A stretch of DNA of 64,000 nucleotides. Origin: Azolla caroliniana (taxonomy: Eukaryota > Plantae > Polypodiophyta). The notes under the pieces were generated by a model. It saw nothing but the letters and a program-made list of their open reading frames with translations. It made no database searches and was not told the origin of the DNA. Both the position numbers and the translations under genes were made by a program. Below are positions 26,108 through 37,400 of this stretch, piece after piece; the first letter of the stretch is position 1, and every line of letters begins with the position of its first letter. The stretch covers positions 14,942,001-15,006,000 of the forward strand of contig JBHGNT010000006.1 in assembly GCA_043228905.1 (NCBI GenBank). The letters are read 5' to 3'.

Positions 26108-28147
26108 ATGGAGGCTCAACAAGCTAACAATATGATGGCGATGTTCGAACGGATGCTTCAAGAACAACGCACGATGTCGGAGATTTCGGCATCAGTAGAG
26201 CGGCTCGTGCAACGCAACGGGCAATTTAATGGTAAGGACGTGTCGCGATATTTGCAGGACTACAAGGCGGAGATGCTCCGGTGCCGGGCTTCGGAAGGAC
26301 TGCAAGTGACATCCTTTAACCGGGTGGCGACCGACGGGCTTCAAGGGAGTATCCACGGGTTGCAACAACAAAATCCGACGTGGGAAGCATTCGAAGAGGC
26401 GTTAAAGACCACATTTGCCATCGAGGACTCCTCCAAGGCAACGCGGAGGGGATTCGAGGATTGGGTGGAAACGTCAGGTAAGGGGCTGAAGGTCCTCGAA
26501 GTGTTTTCGACATTCGAAAGTCGGTTCGGGAGGTTGTCCACGAGAGATCAAACTATTCTTGCACCGGACAAAGTCATCATGTTTTTGCGAGCTGTGGACG
26601 TCCGGGACCGGAAAGATCTCGGAGTGCTTCTTGAGGACACGACCACCGAAAGCGGCCTCACCGAAACATGGGAAAGCGTGCGGGATATCGTCGCGCGGTA
26701 CACGAAGAGGGGGCAATGGCTTGCCAACGAAGAAAAGAGGGTTTCGGAACCGATTCCGAAACCGAGAACGGGACTGGAAGACCATCAACCGAGGGCTCGG
26801 GAGATTACGGCCGAGAAGGGAGTCGACGCGTCTACGGTGGAGCAGCTGCTGAAGGAGATGGAGAATCTAAAGATCGCGATGGTGAAGAAGTCGGATGACC
26901 GCCCCACAAGCTCCAAATATACGGATCGACGGTGCATATGGTGCGATAGCGCCGAACACGATCGGAGGGATTGCGACGACCATAAGGAGGCGCTACGACG
27001 GGATCTCATCTACTACGAGGGAAACCGGATTCATTCGATGGACTCTCGGAAGCCACTCCGACCGAACTTCCAGAAAGGCGGCATGAAGAAGGTGCTCGAG
27101 GAGGAGTTAGCAGCAAGAAGCAACTATGCGACAACCGCGGGAATATGTGTCGGGGAGTCAACGGGAGCGAAGGCGTCTTTCTGGCCGGAGGTGCTAGGAA
27201 ACACCGAGAAAACCGACTCCAACGATATCCGAAACACCGCGGAAGGCGTCCGGGAAGCTACGGGATGGGAGTGCCCTGTCGACAAGAATAGCATATACGC
27301 CCTGTGTCAATTACATGAGGTGTATGTGGACGAGAAACGACGGCGCACGGAGGATGCGGCCGGACCATCGAAGATACCGGAAAGCTGGAACTCCGGAGGT
27401 AAGGGAAAAGAAAAGGCGACTCCGGCATTCAAGCTCGCCTCGGACATAGAACAACAAACCGACTTGAAAAGAGTGTTCGAGGAAAGAATCTTGGATAGCC
27501 GGGTAGATTTTTCGCTGCGGGAACTACTCGGAATAGCGAAGAAGGAGTTTCACGATCTTCTCGTGGATCTTGTGAAAAGGAAGAGACAAAGTACGGAGGA
27601 AAATGCTCCAAGGGTGAATGCAAATACCGTTTCAATGAACGACACCGAAGTGGAAGGCGAAATTCCGAACTCCCACTATACAAGGCCACACTGGGCACGT
27701 GCGACTACGGAGACTCCGGTCCGAATCGGCAACATCAAAGAACCCGTGCTAGCATTGATTGATCACGGATCGGAGATCAACTTGATGTCCAAGGAGTTCT
27801 ACCGAAAGGGGAAGTGGCCTATAAACACCAACCATGGATGGAAGATTCGGGCAGCCACGAAAACGACAGAAGACCTATTTGCGGCTTGTCCGGATGTGAC
27901 GGTAAAGATCGGGGATGTCGAAATTGACCAAAATTTCTTTGTGCAGGATGAGGTTTCACATTCTGTCATCCTCGGCCAACCCTTTATCACGGCTTCACGG
28001 ATGGAGACGAAGGTGCTCGATAGTGGTGCGGCTTTTGCGCGAATTCGGAGCCAAAACGGAGGGAAATCCGTCCAATTCCTAACGGTGCCGGCAAATCACG
28101 AAAGGAACAAGAGGGAACTCTTGTCCCAAGTGAGAATGGATTTTTAA
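26108..28147 (+). CDS. W3 Gag-protease polyprotein
   Basis: Open ORF from ATG 26108; zinc-knuckle-like CIWCDSAEHDRRDC; aspartic protease LIDHGSEINLM; ends MDF* at a slippery site. Confidence 0.9.
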   Translation: MEAQQANNMMAMFERMLQEQRTMSEISASVERLVQRNGQFNGKDVSRYLQDYKAEMLRCRASEGLQVTSFNRVATDGLQGSIHGLQQQNPTWEAFEEALKTTFAIEDSSKATRRGFEDWVETSGKGLKVLEVFSTFESRFGRLSTRDQTILAPDKVIMFLRAVDVRDRKDLGVLLEDTTTESGLTETWESVRDIVARYTKRGQWLANEEKRVSEPIPKPRTGLEDHQPRAREITAEKGVDASTVEQLLKEMENLKIAMVKKSDDRPTSSKYTDRRCIWCDSAEHDRRDCDDHKEALRRDLIYYEGNRIHSMDSRKPLRPNFQKGGMKKVLEEELAARSNYATTAGICVGESTGAKASFWPEVLGNTEKTDSNDIRNTAEGVREATGWECPVDKNSIYALCQLHEVYVDEKRRRTEDAAGPSKIPESWNSGGKGKEKATPAFKLASDIEQQTDLKRVFEERILDSRVDFSLRELLGIAKKEFHDLLVDLVKRKRQSTEENAPRVNANTVSMNDTEVEGEIPNSHYTRPHWARATTETPVRIGNIKEPVLALIDHGSEINLMSKEFYRKGKWPINTNHGWKIRAATKTTEDLFAACPDVTVKIGDVEIDQNFFVQDEVSHSVILGQPFITASRMETKVLDSGAAFARIRSQNGGKSVQFLTVPANHERNKRELLSQVRMDF

Positions 28148-28201
28148 AGCGGACTGTTGCGGAGTGGGGAAGTGATAGTCCGAGAAGCCCTGATACTCCA
28201 C
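28138..28201 (+). promoter_or_regulatory. Predicted programmed -1 ribosomal frameshift signal (slippery heptamer plus pseudoknot)
   Basis: G GAT TTT at 28138-28144, then a 5-nt spacer and stem 28150-28160/28172-28182. Loop GTGGGG can pair with CTCCAC at 28196-28201. The -1 frame is open from 28141 into the RT ORF. Confidence 0.75.
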
Positions 28202-31200
28202 ACAGGAAGAAAACTCTCGGAGCAAAACAAGTACGAATCGGCCCGGATGGGGCATCTACGTACACGGCCGTAACCGGAGGAATGAAGAAACAATACCGAC
28301 AAGTGGAGGATAAGTTACGGTCGGCATCAATAATAAAAGAAGACGAAGAAATCGTGGGAGTGATCGAGGAAGTGTTCTATGGGAATACACTACAACGGCT
28401 TGAAGAGCTTGCGGAAGATAAAAGCCAAGGGAACCGGGTAGTCCCGGTGGAATCGGTCGAGATGTACGAGATCGTTGCGAAAATGGGGCCGGATGCGCTC
28501 CGCAAAGAAGAAGCAATGGTAAGTACGAAATACAAGACCGTGGAGAAGAAGGTGAAACCGGCCGCGGGACCACTACCCGCCGATAGCGAACAAAAGAAGA
28601 AAGAAGTCTCGGGAGATCCGACACTTCGGAAGTCCGTGGATATCGGACATGCCTTCACAGATGAGACCCGAAAGAAACTTCGGATCGGTGGAGGTGGGTT
28701 CCTCTTACAAGAAGAAGAAAAACGGTTTCGAGAGATGTTGGAGCAACATGGCAAAGCATTCGCGTTCACATCAAGGGAGATCGGATGCATTGATCCAAAG
28801 ATAGTGGAGCCGATGGTGATTTTCACGATTGATCATGTACCGTGGAACCTGAAGCCGATTCCGGTGCCACGGGCGCATATTCCGAAAGTCATCGACTTGC
28901 TCAAGGAGAAGGTGGCGATGGGGATTCTAGAGCCATCAAGTGCTCCGTACTCAAATCGATGGTTTACGGTTCCGAAGAAGAATGGGTCACTCCGATTCAT
29001 CCAAGACTTGCAACCGGTGAACAAGGTCACGATCCGGAACTCGGGAGTCGGTCCGATAGTGGACGAATTCGCGGAAGCTTTTGCCGGACGTGCGATATAC
29101 TCCATCGGGGACCTATACTCGGGGTATGACCAATTCCAACTAGCCGTGGAGAGCCGAGACATCACTACCATGCGGACACCGATAGGACTAGTTCGAATGT
29201 GCACACTACCACAAGGAGCGACAAACTCGGTTGCACATATGATGAACGCGATGAACAAGGTGCTTCGAGATTGCATCCCGGAGATAACGATGCCGTTTCT
29301 AGATGACATTCCGATGAAAGGATGCGCGGTGGAAGAAAAAGATGAGACTATGGATGATCGGGGATGCCGAAAGTTCGTGGTCGACCATATTCATGATTGC
29401 GAGAAAGTGTTGCGAAAGCTAGAAGATGTGCACCTAACACTTTCCGGGGAGAAATCGGCATTCGGGCAAGAAGAAATATTGGTGGTCGGACATCTATGTG
29501 GACCCTACGGCCGAAGACCGTCACCAACAAAGATCGATGCGATTCAAGCTATGAAGGAAGTATGCGAGTCAACATCGGAAGTCCGAAGGTTTCTGGGTGC
29601 GTGTGCATTCTATCACATATGGATTCCGCACTATGCACATATAGCGGACCCGCTCTATCACTTGTTGCGGAAAGGTAAGAGATTCGAGTGGAAACCGGAA
29701 CACACTAAAGCCATGAGGAAGCTCAAGAAGACACTATGGAGGGCGGAATCACTTAAGAAGCCAAGCTACGAGCGGCCAATCATAGTAACGGTTGATACAA
29801 GTCCGACCGGTATCGGGTGGGTCATCAATCAAGCCGACTCGGATGGTTCGCGGTATCCGATCCGATTTGGAGCAAAGGTCCTCAACGAAAGGCAACGCGG
29901 ATATGCACAAGTCAAAAGAGAATTGTGGGGAGTCGTGTCGGCGATAAAATCGGATCGAGATTATTTGATCGGAGCTGAAGTGGTGATCGAGACGGATTGT
30001 CTTCCGATACTCGGGATGATGCGGTGTTGTACGATACCGGATGTGGCTATGCTAAGGTGGATTGCATATGTCAAGTCACTTAATCCGGAGGTTCGACACA
30101 TCTCGGGGAAGGACAACACGGTAGCGGACATGTTATCGAGGGCGCGGTTTGAAGACGACATAACCGAATCAGATAATGAAGAAGTTTCCGAAGACTACTT
30201 CACGTCAGAACACATATGCCGAGTGAACGTGATCCGAGAATTCCGGGAAGAAGAATACGAGGGGGAAACCTTGATGATCGTAAAAGATGCTACAAGAGGT
30301 CGAGGATTCAACCAATGATAAAGAAAGGAGAGCCGAGATCCGAAGGAAGAAGAGGCAAGTCCAAAAGTTCTTCTTGGAAAACGGTTTAATATGGAGGATG
30401 CCGAAAAGACCGGATGGGATACCACTTCGAGTAGTCGGGACGAAAGAGCAACGAAACCGGATAATGTCCGAGTTCCACGAATCCGATTGGGCTGGACATC
30501 GAGGAACATGGGCAACTTTTGTGAAAATCAAGCAAAGATATTGGTGGAAGAACATGTATAAAGATGTCGCGGAGTTCACAGAAAGCTGCGAGAAATGTCA
30601 AGTCTACTCCGGGGTTCGACACCGAGATGAGCTGCATCCGACATTCTCACCGACAATCAACTTCAAGTGGATGGTCGACATTGTAGCTATGCCGACCGGG
30701 ATTGGACAAAAGAAATACTTGGTGTTAGCTCGAGAAGATCTCACAAACCAAGTTGAAGGTCGAGTGCTTCGGAGGAAAACGTGTGCCGCGGTGTGCCAAT
30801 TTCTTTTGGAAGAAGTGTTTTGTAGGTACGGCTGCGTAGGACAAGTGATTGCGGACCGGGGAGAACTCGACTCGGACAAAGCTAGGGGATTCTTCGCCAA
30901 ACATGGAGTTCGGTTAACGTTGACAACGGCCTACAATCCGGAGGCCAACGGGAAGATCGAACGAGGACATAGTCCGATCGTGAAAGCACTTGCGAAGGCA
31001 TGCGACGGAAGGGTGAAGGATTGGCCACAAATGCTTCCGTATGCACTATGGGCGGATCGGACGACGCATAGCTCCGTGACCGGTTACATGCCGGCAGAAC
31101 TCATGACCGGACAAGCACCGGTAATGCCAACGGAAACCGCAATCGCGACATGGACAATACTACCGTGGAAGGAAGAGATGAGCCGGGAAGAACTACTAGC

Positions 31201-31750
31201 GGTCCGGATACGACAACTGGAGGGAAGACCGAAAGATGTAGCGGAAGCGTCACGCCGACAACAAGAAGCACGCTTCCGGAACAAAAGCCGGTTCGACACA
31301 AAGCACCGACTACGACCGAGGAGGATTGAAGAAGGAGATTGGGTGATCGTCTATGATAGTAGCTTGGACCATCAACATACAACGATGCGGAAATTCGCGA
31401 AAAGGTGGTTCGGGCCGTATGAGGTTCGGAAGGTCTTCGACAACGGGACGTACCGATTGTCCGAGTTGGATGGAACAATACTACGAGTGCCTATAGCCGG
31501 GAAGCGGGTGAAGATTTTCAAGAAGCGGACCGACGACAAACCTTATGTGATCCAAGTCGAGGCCGACAAAGAGGAGCAATCGAACGAAGACCACAATGAT
31601 GCGGGAAGCGAAGAAAGTGGATTACAACTCATAGTCGACATAAGGGGAGAATCGGAGGAAGCTTCGGATGAAGACGGATACGAAGAATCAAGAACTTCGG
31701 CACATACCGGAGGATGTGCGGGTTTGGAGGGGGCGAGTGTCGTAGTGTAG
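28141..31750 (+). CDS. W3 Pol (RT-RNase H-integrase) with one 1-bp frameshift near 30283
   Basis: RT motifs YSNRWF, DLQPVN, PQGATNS, FLDD; RNase H; integrase HHCC and DDE with GPY. The RT-RH ORF (28282-30318) and INT ORF (30287-31750) join if one A is removed from the AAAA run at 30282-30285. Confidence 0.85.
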
Positions 31751-34495
31751 GTTGCACATTATGTGGAAATTATATTTTTGTCCCTCCGGATAGAGAATGG
31801 AGTGCTCGGTGAGAACCGGAAGAAAACGGCATACCGGCAAGGTGGAAAACGGCATACCGGCAAGGAGGAAAAACGGCATACCGGCAAGGAGGAAAACGGC
31901 ATACCGGCAAGGAAGAGCCGGATAAAGAGACATAAATGTAAAAAAAAAGGAAATACTCACTACTGCGCAGGGCGTGATTCAAACTCTGCACCTCCACGTT
32001 GACAAACCCCAACCTTACCATTACATTAACTTATCTTAAGTGTTTTAAATATAGATAAGACCTTTATTTATGCATACCTTTATTAAAAGGTAAATCGTGT
32101 ATTTTTTTAATATATGAAAAAGACGAGACACTAAAAATAACTCATGCACATCTAGCGTGCATGAGCCCTATACTTAGGAAATAAAAAAGCATCACATGCA
32201 CATTTAGTGGACATGAACACTTTTGTAATAAAAAAAAAGCATGAAGCCATGCTTAGCTCTTCCTTCCTTATATAAGGAGGAGAGAAATATGTAAAGGGTT
32301 GTTGATTATTTGGATTAAGAATTAATCAATACAAAAATTATTCGTGGGATTCACGATTTATACATCTACTTCTCTCTTAACACCCTAAGTACCAATTAAT
32401 ATAGTATACTCGTGTGATTCACGAGTTTCTTATCTTTCTCTTTGCTATTTACTCATAATTAATCTCTATCTCACGAACTTCTTTCTCCTAGTCCAAGACC
32501 TCTGTGGTTCCCACTCGACTCACGCAACGATCCGGAGCCGAAAGGCACGATAACGTCAATGTCCATGGGGGTCGCTCCTTGGTACTGCGCGCACAAGTCA
32601 GTTGATGGTGGAGGGGGCCATCTTGGTTGGGAGTCAACTAGCGTACAAGCTTCGATGCATTGGGCAATGAGGATTGCATCGTTGAAGGTCTTGGGACCTT
32701 GGTCCCGGGCACGACAAAGTGATATCAGGGCGCAGACGGGGCCATGAGAAGAAAAGCTTGACATGCTCGGGCATGGTTGGATCGGCCCGGATGAGGAGCT
32801 GATTTAGGCGAGCACCAAATTGGCCTACTGGTTCGTGCGCTTGTTGTTGCAACGTCTCGAGTTGTTGCAATGCCATCTGGGCCGAATTTTGATGGGCGAA
32901 GTTTTGCACGAGGAGATCCCGGAGGATCACCCAGTTCTCCGTCACTTCGTTGGCTTGTTGTACGTACCAAGTGGCGGCGACATTTTCGAGCAAGGTGCGA
33001 ACTTCCAAAGCCTTGTGCTCGTCAGACCATTTGTGGTAACTTGAGATCATCTCAAAGTGATCCAACCATGCTAAGACGTCCTGAGAGGGCAAGCCGGAGA
33101 AGGACTTTGGGCGAACCTTGGAATCGGGCCGATCTGGAGACCAATCGTTGGTAGCGGAGAGGAAGGAGAGCATAGCTTGGGGTTCGTGTGGCTGATTTGA
33201 AGCATGGTGTTGGAGAGGAGTTGCAGGAGTTGCTCCATTTGGAAGGGGGGTGGCCGCTCAGGAGGTTGTAGGAACTCAACTTGCATAGGGGTATCATTTT
33301 CGACGACGACGGGAGGGAATTGGGATGCCATGAACGAGGTGATAGTGGCTAAAATTTTACCCCGCTTCTCCACCAATTATGTGAAATGCACATAAATGGA
33401 ATCCAAAACCAACCTACTTAGCTTCTTACTTCCTATTCAATTTATAGTCGTACAAAGGTACCCATTTGGGTTGGCTCTACTTAGCTACATGCGTCCTAAC
33501 AAGGGTATGCTAAAAGGGGCACAAAGGAACACATGCACACCCAACATGAAGACATGCACTTGCATCCAAGGGACACCACAATATTACAAAGGAGGTTATT
33601 CGACCTAATTACAAAGTAGGAGGAGAGTGCTTTATATAGTCACTCTCTCTCTTCATTAACTACCGAAGCTCATGGGTCATGGGGAATGTGAAAAATCATT
33701 CGTTATGTGTCATAGAATATGATTCTATGGCACATAGTTAATGTGTAGATAAGAGTGGTGACTTTTGACCTTTGAGTGCACACTCTCAAGGGTGTGTTCA
33801 AACACTAGACTAGGTTGAGCTTAATTCTCAACATGCCCCGTCAAGCTCAACTTTGGTCAGCTACTTCAGTTGATGTCCGCTTCGGCTCGTATCCTGTTCG
33901 GACGGTATCCGGTTTTCGCTTGTACTCCCCCTCAAGCTTGGCAAGTCAAGGACCGTCAATCCAAGGTCTGACAGGAATTGCCGAAGCTTGTTGGCTCCTA
34001 GGGCTTTGGTGAAGATGTTGACTGTCTGAAGATTTGTAGTGATATGTTGAAGGTCGACATCGCCAGCCTGAACACGCTCTCAAATGAAGTGATAGTGCAC
34101 TTTGATATGCTTCGTGCATGCGTGGAACACCGGGTTCCGAGCTAAATAAATATCTGCTCATGTTGTCGCAGTAAAGGAGAATCAGATTTTTGATGGGAAC
34201 GCCCAGATCCTTTAATATCCTCTTGAGCCATACGGCTTCACATGCAGCCATTGTCGCGTCCCTGTATTCGGCCTTTGTGCTCAAAAGAGCGACGATTGGT
34301 TGCTTTTTGCTACTCCAGGAGATGGCTCCACTTCTAAGGGAGAAGATGAAACCAAAGGTTGATCGTCGGTTGTCTTTGTAGCCTGCCCAGTCGGCATCTG
34401 TGTACCCCTCAAGTTGAATTGGCGTGGCCGACTTATAGAGAATGCCATAGTCCATCGTTCCGCTCATGTATCATAGCACTCTCTTAGCACAATCT

Positions 34496-37400
34496 TGTTG
34501 AGCGGCAAGCTCAACTGGAGCCGGATCGGCTGAATAAGCTTGAGCCGGCAAGCGAGACGGATCGGTAAGCTGTGAGCAACCGAGCCGGCAAGCAATAGAG
34601 CCGGTGAGCTGGGGAGCCGGTTAGTTAGATCCAATCAGTAACCAGAAGCCTAGTATAAGTGTAGACTACTAGGCAATTATAGTCTCGTAGTAAGTGTCAG
34701 ATGCTCGTGTGAGCATTGAAGTACGCGGTACTTCTATCAGTCCCACGAGGACTTGTATAAATAATGCTACTGAGCATAGTTGTATGTACAAAGTGTTTTT
34801 ATCGTTTTTGAATATAGCCTTGAAGTTCTGCTCTCTCTGTCTCTCCCGTGTACTTTGTGTATTACCTACCTTCTCTGTTTTCTAACGCTTCCGCAAGTAA
34901 TCGTTTACATGATATCAGAGCGTGAGGGTTGAGAACCTTTGCAACCGACAAACGCTTGGAAGCAAACCCTAACAGGTCGTAAAACAACAGACAGAGAAGT
35001 GATGGATAGAGGGATGGCTAGCTCGCTCCCTGTGGAGAAACTCAACAGATCCAACTATGCATCTTGGTCGTATAAGATGCACTAGTACTTGCTTGGGCAT
35101 GGCTATTGGAGTTTCGTCTAAAGAGCCAACGAAACAGCACCTGAGGCGGCACATAAGGACTTCCTAGTGTGGGAACAATCGGCGAGCAGAGTGATGTACT
35201 GCTTCGCGTCCAGTGTCGGAGACTAGCTGTTGAGCCACATCCGAGACGCCAAGACGCTGAAGGAGGCTTGGGGGAACCTAAAGGTTTTCGCCACAAGCAC
35301 TAAAGCCTGGAAGCTGCAACTCCGACAAGAGTTGAGCAATGTCCGATAGAAGGACATGTTGGTGGCGGATTACATGGCCCGGATCAAAGAGGTCTGTGAC
35401 TCGCTTGCCTCTATCAACATTACCATAGAGGAAGACGAGATGGTACAGGTCTGTCTTGGGGGCCTGGCATCTAAGTTCAGAGCGTTCCAAACGGCGGTGT
35501 GTACAAGGGAGAATACGCCATCATTTTTTGACTTACAATCGATGCTCCTTGTAGAGGAGAACCACGCCGGTGCGTCAACTAGCGCACCCATTGACAACCG
35601 GATGTTGTACACGGAAGTGGATCGGTCCCATGGGCGTGGTGGATGAGGCAGGTCGGCACGCAATGGAGGTGGCCGGCAAGACCAGGAACAAAGGCACTAA
35701 GAACGTGTTGACAACAGTTCCAGACCCTCCGGGAGCAGGGGGAGTCATGGCGGCACTGGAAGACAGCAAGAGAAGACTGCAACGGAATGCTGGTACTGTG
35801 GCAAAAAGGGCCACAAAGAGAGTGAGTGCTGGAGAAAAAGTGTTGATTCGAACAAATCCGGATCCGGCAAGGCCCACAAGGATGGCCGGCAAAGCTCGCA
35901 CTACGCGAAGGGATCGGGAGGATCCAAGAACGAAGACCACTTCCAAATCGGAGGAAGTGTGGTATGTTGATCCCGGTGCGTTGAACCACATGACGAACCA
36001 CAAAGAGTGGTTCTCCTTTTTGGAGAAACCGGATCAACCAGGAGTAGTCGAAACCGGAGACGACACTCCTCACCCAATTGTGCACGTTGGAGAAGTCCCT
36101 TTGAGCCATGTCGAACAGAAGGGGAAGCTGATAAACGTATTACACGTTCCGACAATCACGAAGAACCTGGTGTCGGTCGGACAGATCGTCGACCAAGGGA
36201 TGCAGGTGCGGTTTACGCAACTCGGGTGCTTCATCGAGGAACAGGGCCAGATTATTGTGCAAGGGCGTAGAGACGAGAGGATGTTTATCCTCGACACCAA
36301 TGACATCGGCACCACTCTGTTTGCAGAAGGACAGAAGTTCAAATCGGACATCGACCTGTGGCACAAGCGGATAGGCCACGTCAATTACCGGAGGCTTCAA
36401 GACCTGCAAACGAAACAAGTTGTTTTCGGTTTGCCGAAGTTCATCGGCCGAAAGGCCCAAGTATGTGAAGTCTGCCAGCTCAGGAAGCAACACCGGCTTC
36501 CATTCCCTACCGAATGTAACCGGAGCCGTAATATGCTCGAAGTTATCCATTCTGATGTGTGGGGACCGACACAGAATGTTAGTCTTGGCGGGAGTCGATA
36601 TTTCATCTCCTTCATCGACGACTATACGCAGCACACATGGATCTACCTCATTGAGTGGAAGAGTGAAGTCTTCGAGTGTTTCCGGAGTCTCCAAATCATG
36701 GTGAGCCGGGAATCGAAGAGGAAGATCAAATGCCTGCGGTCGAATGGCGGAAAAGAATATTTTGCTGGCCAATTCAACAGTTATCTGCAGCAAAAGAGAA
36801 TTCAACAAGAGTTCAGCTACAGATACATACCGCAATAGAACGGTGTTGCCGAAAGGAAGAACCGGTCGCTTATTGATGCGGCAAGGGCAATGCTAGAGGA
36901 GAAGAGCAAGCCCAAATTCTATTGGGCGGAGGCAGTCCGAACGGTTGTCTACATCCAGAATCGGATCGGTGACAAGGTGTCAGCTCACGAGCTGTATTTC
37001 GGACGCAAGCCGAATTTGAGACACCTTAAGATCTTCAGTAGCATTGCATATGTGCATGTACTAGATGAGAAGCGGGGGAAGCTGGATGCAAAATTGGAAA
37101 AATGCATCCTAGTCGGCTATGCCCAAGAGTAAAAGGGTTATAAGTGTTATAACCCCCGGACAAAGCAGGGCAGAGTTAGTCGAGATGTTGAGTTCGATGA
37201 ATCGGCATCATGGTATTCCTTACCGACTCGGACTTCTGATTCCGACCCGATGCCGGTGGATGAGGCTAGTGAGCCTGAACCGGCCCAAGTAGAGGATGAT
37301 GAAGCGTGGACTCAGGATGAGAGTCCGGAATCGTTCCGGTTGAGCGGGCCAAATGAGAGACTGAGTCAATTTGACCAGTCCTAGTGGAGACTCTGCCATG

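Larger units (their letters stand above)
25266..32552 (+). mobile_element. W3: nearly intact, young W-family Gypsy
   Basis: LTRs at 25266-26069 and 31738-32552 (about 5 point differences and one block difference by eye); TSD ACGT; PBS TGGTGAACCCGACGTGAA (tRNA-Trp) at 26074-26091; PPT GGAGGGGGCGAG. Confidence 0.95.
15842..33580 (-). mobile_element. A1: full-length degenerate Ty3/Gypsy with 201-bp LTRs and a tRNA-Ala PBS, hosting W2 and W3
   Basis: LTRs at 15842-16042 and 33380-33580; 4-bp TSD ATAT; PBS TGGTGGAGAAGCGGGGTA at 33358-33375; PPT at 16043-16057. gag 32557-33330 plus 25020-25261 (CFYCHNYGHVRRYC); protease ~24700-25010; RT 23858-24500 (YLDD); RNase H 17411-17997; integrase 16070-17200. 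Confidence 0.9.

Noticed and set aside
30270-30320. Second programmed frameshift between RNase H and integrase
   Set aside because: The homologous segment in W2 and W4 is in one frame; a 1-bp insertion or sequencing error is simpler.
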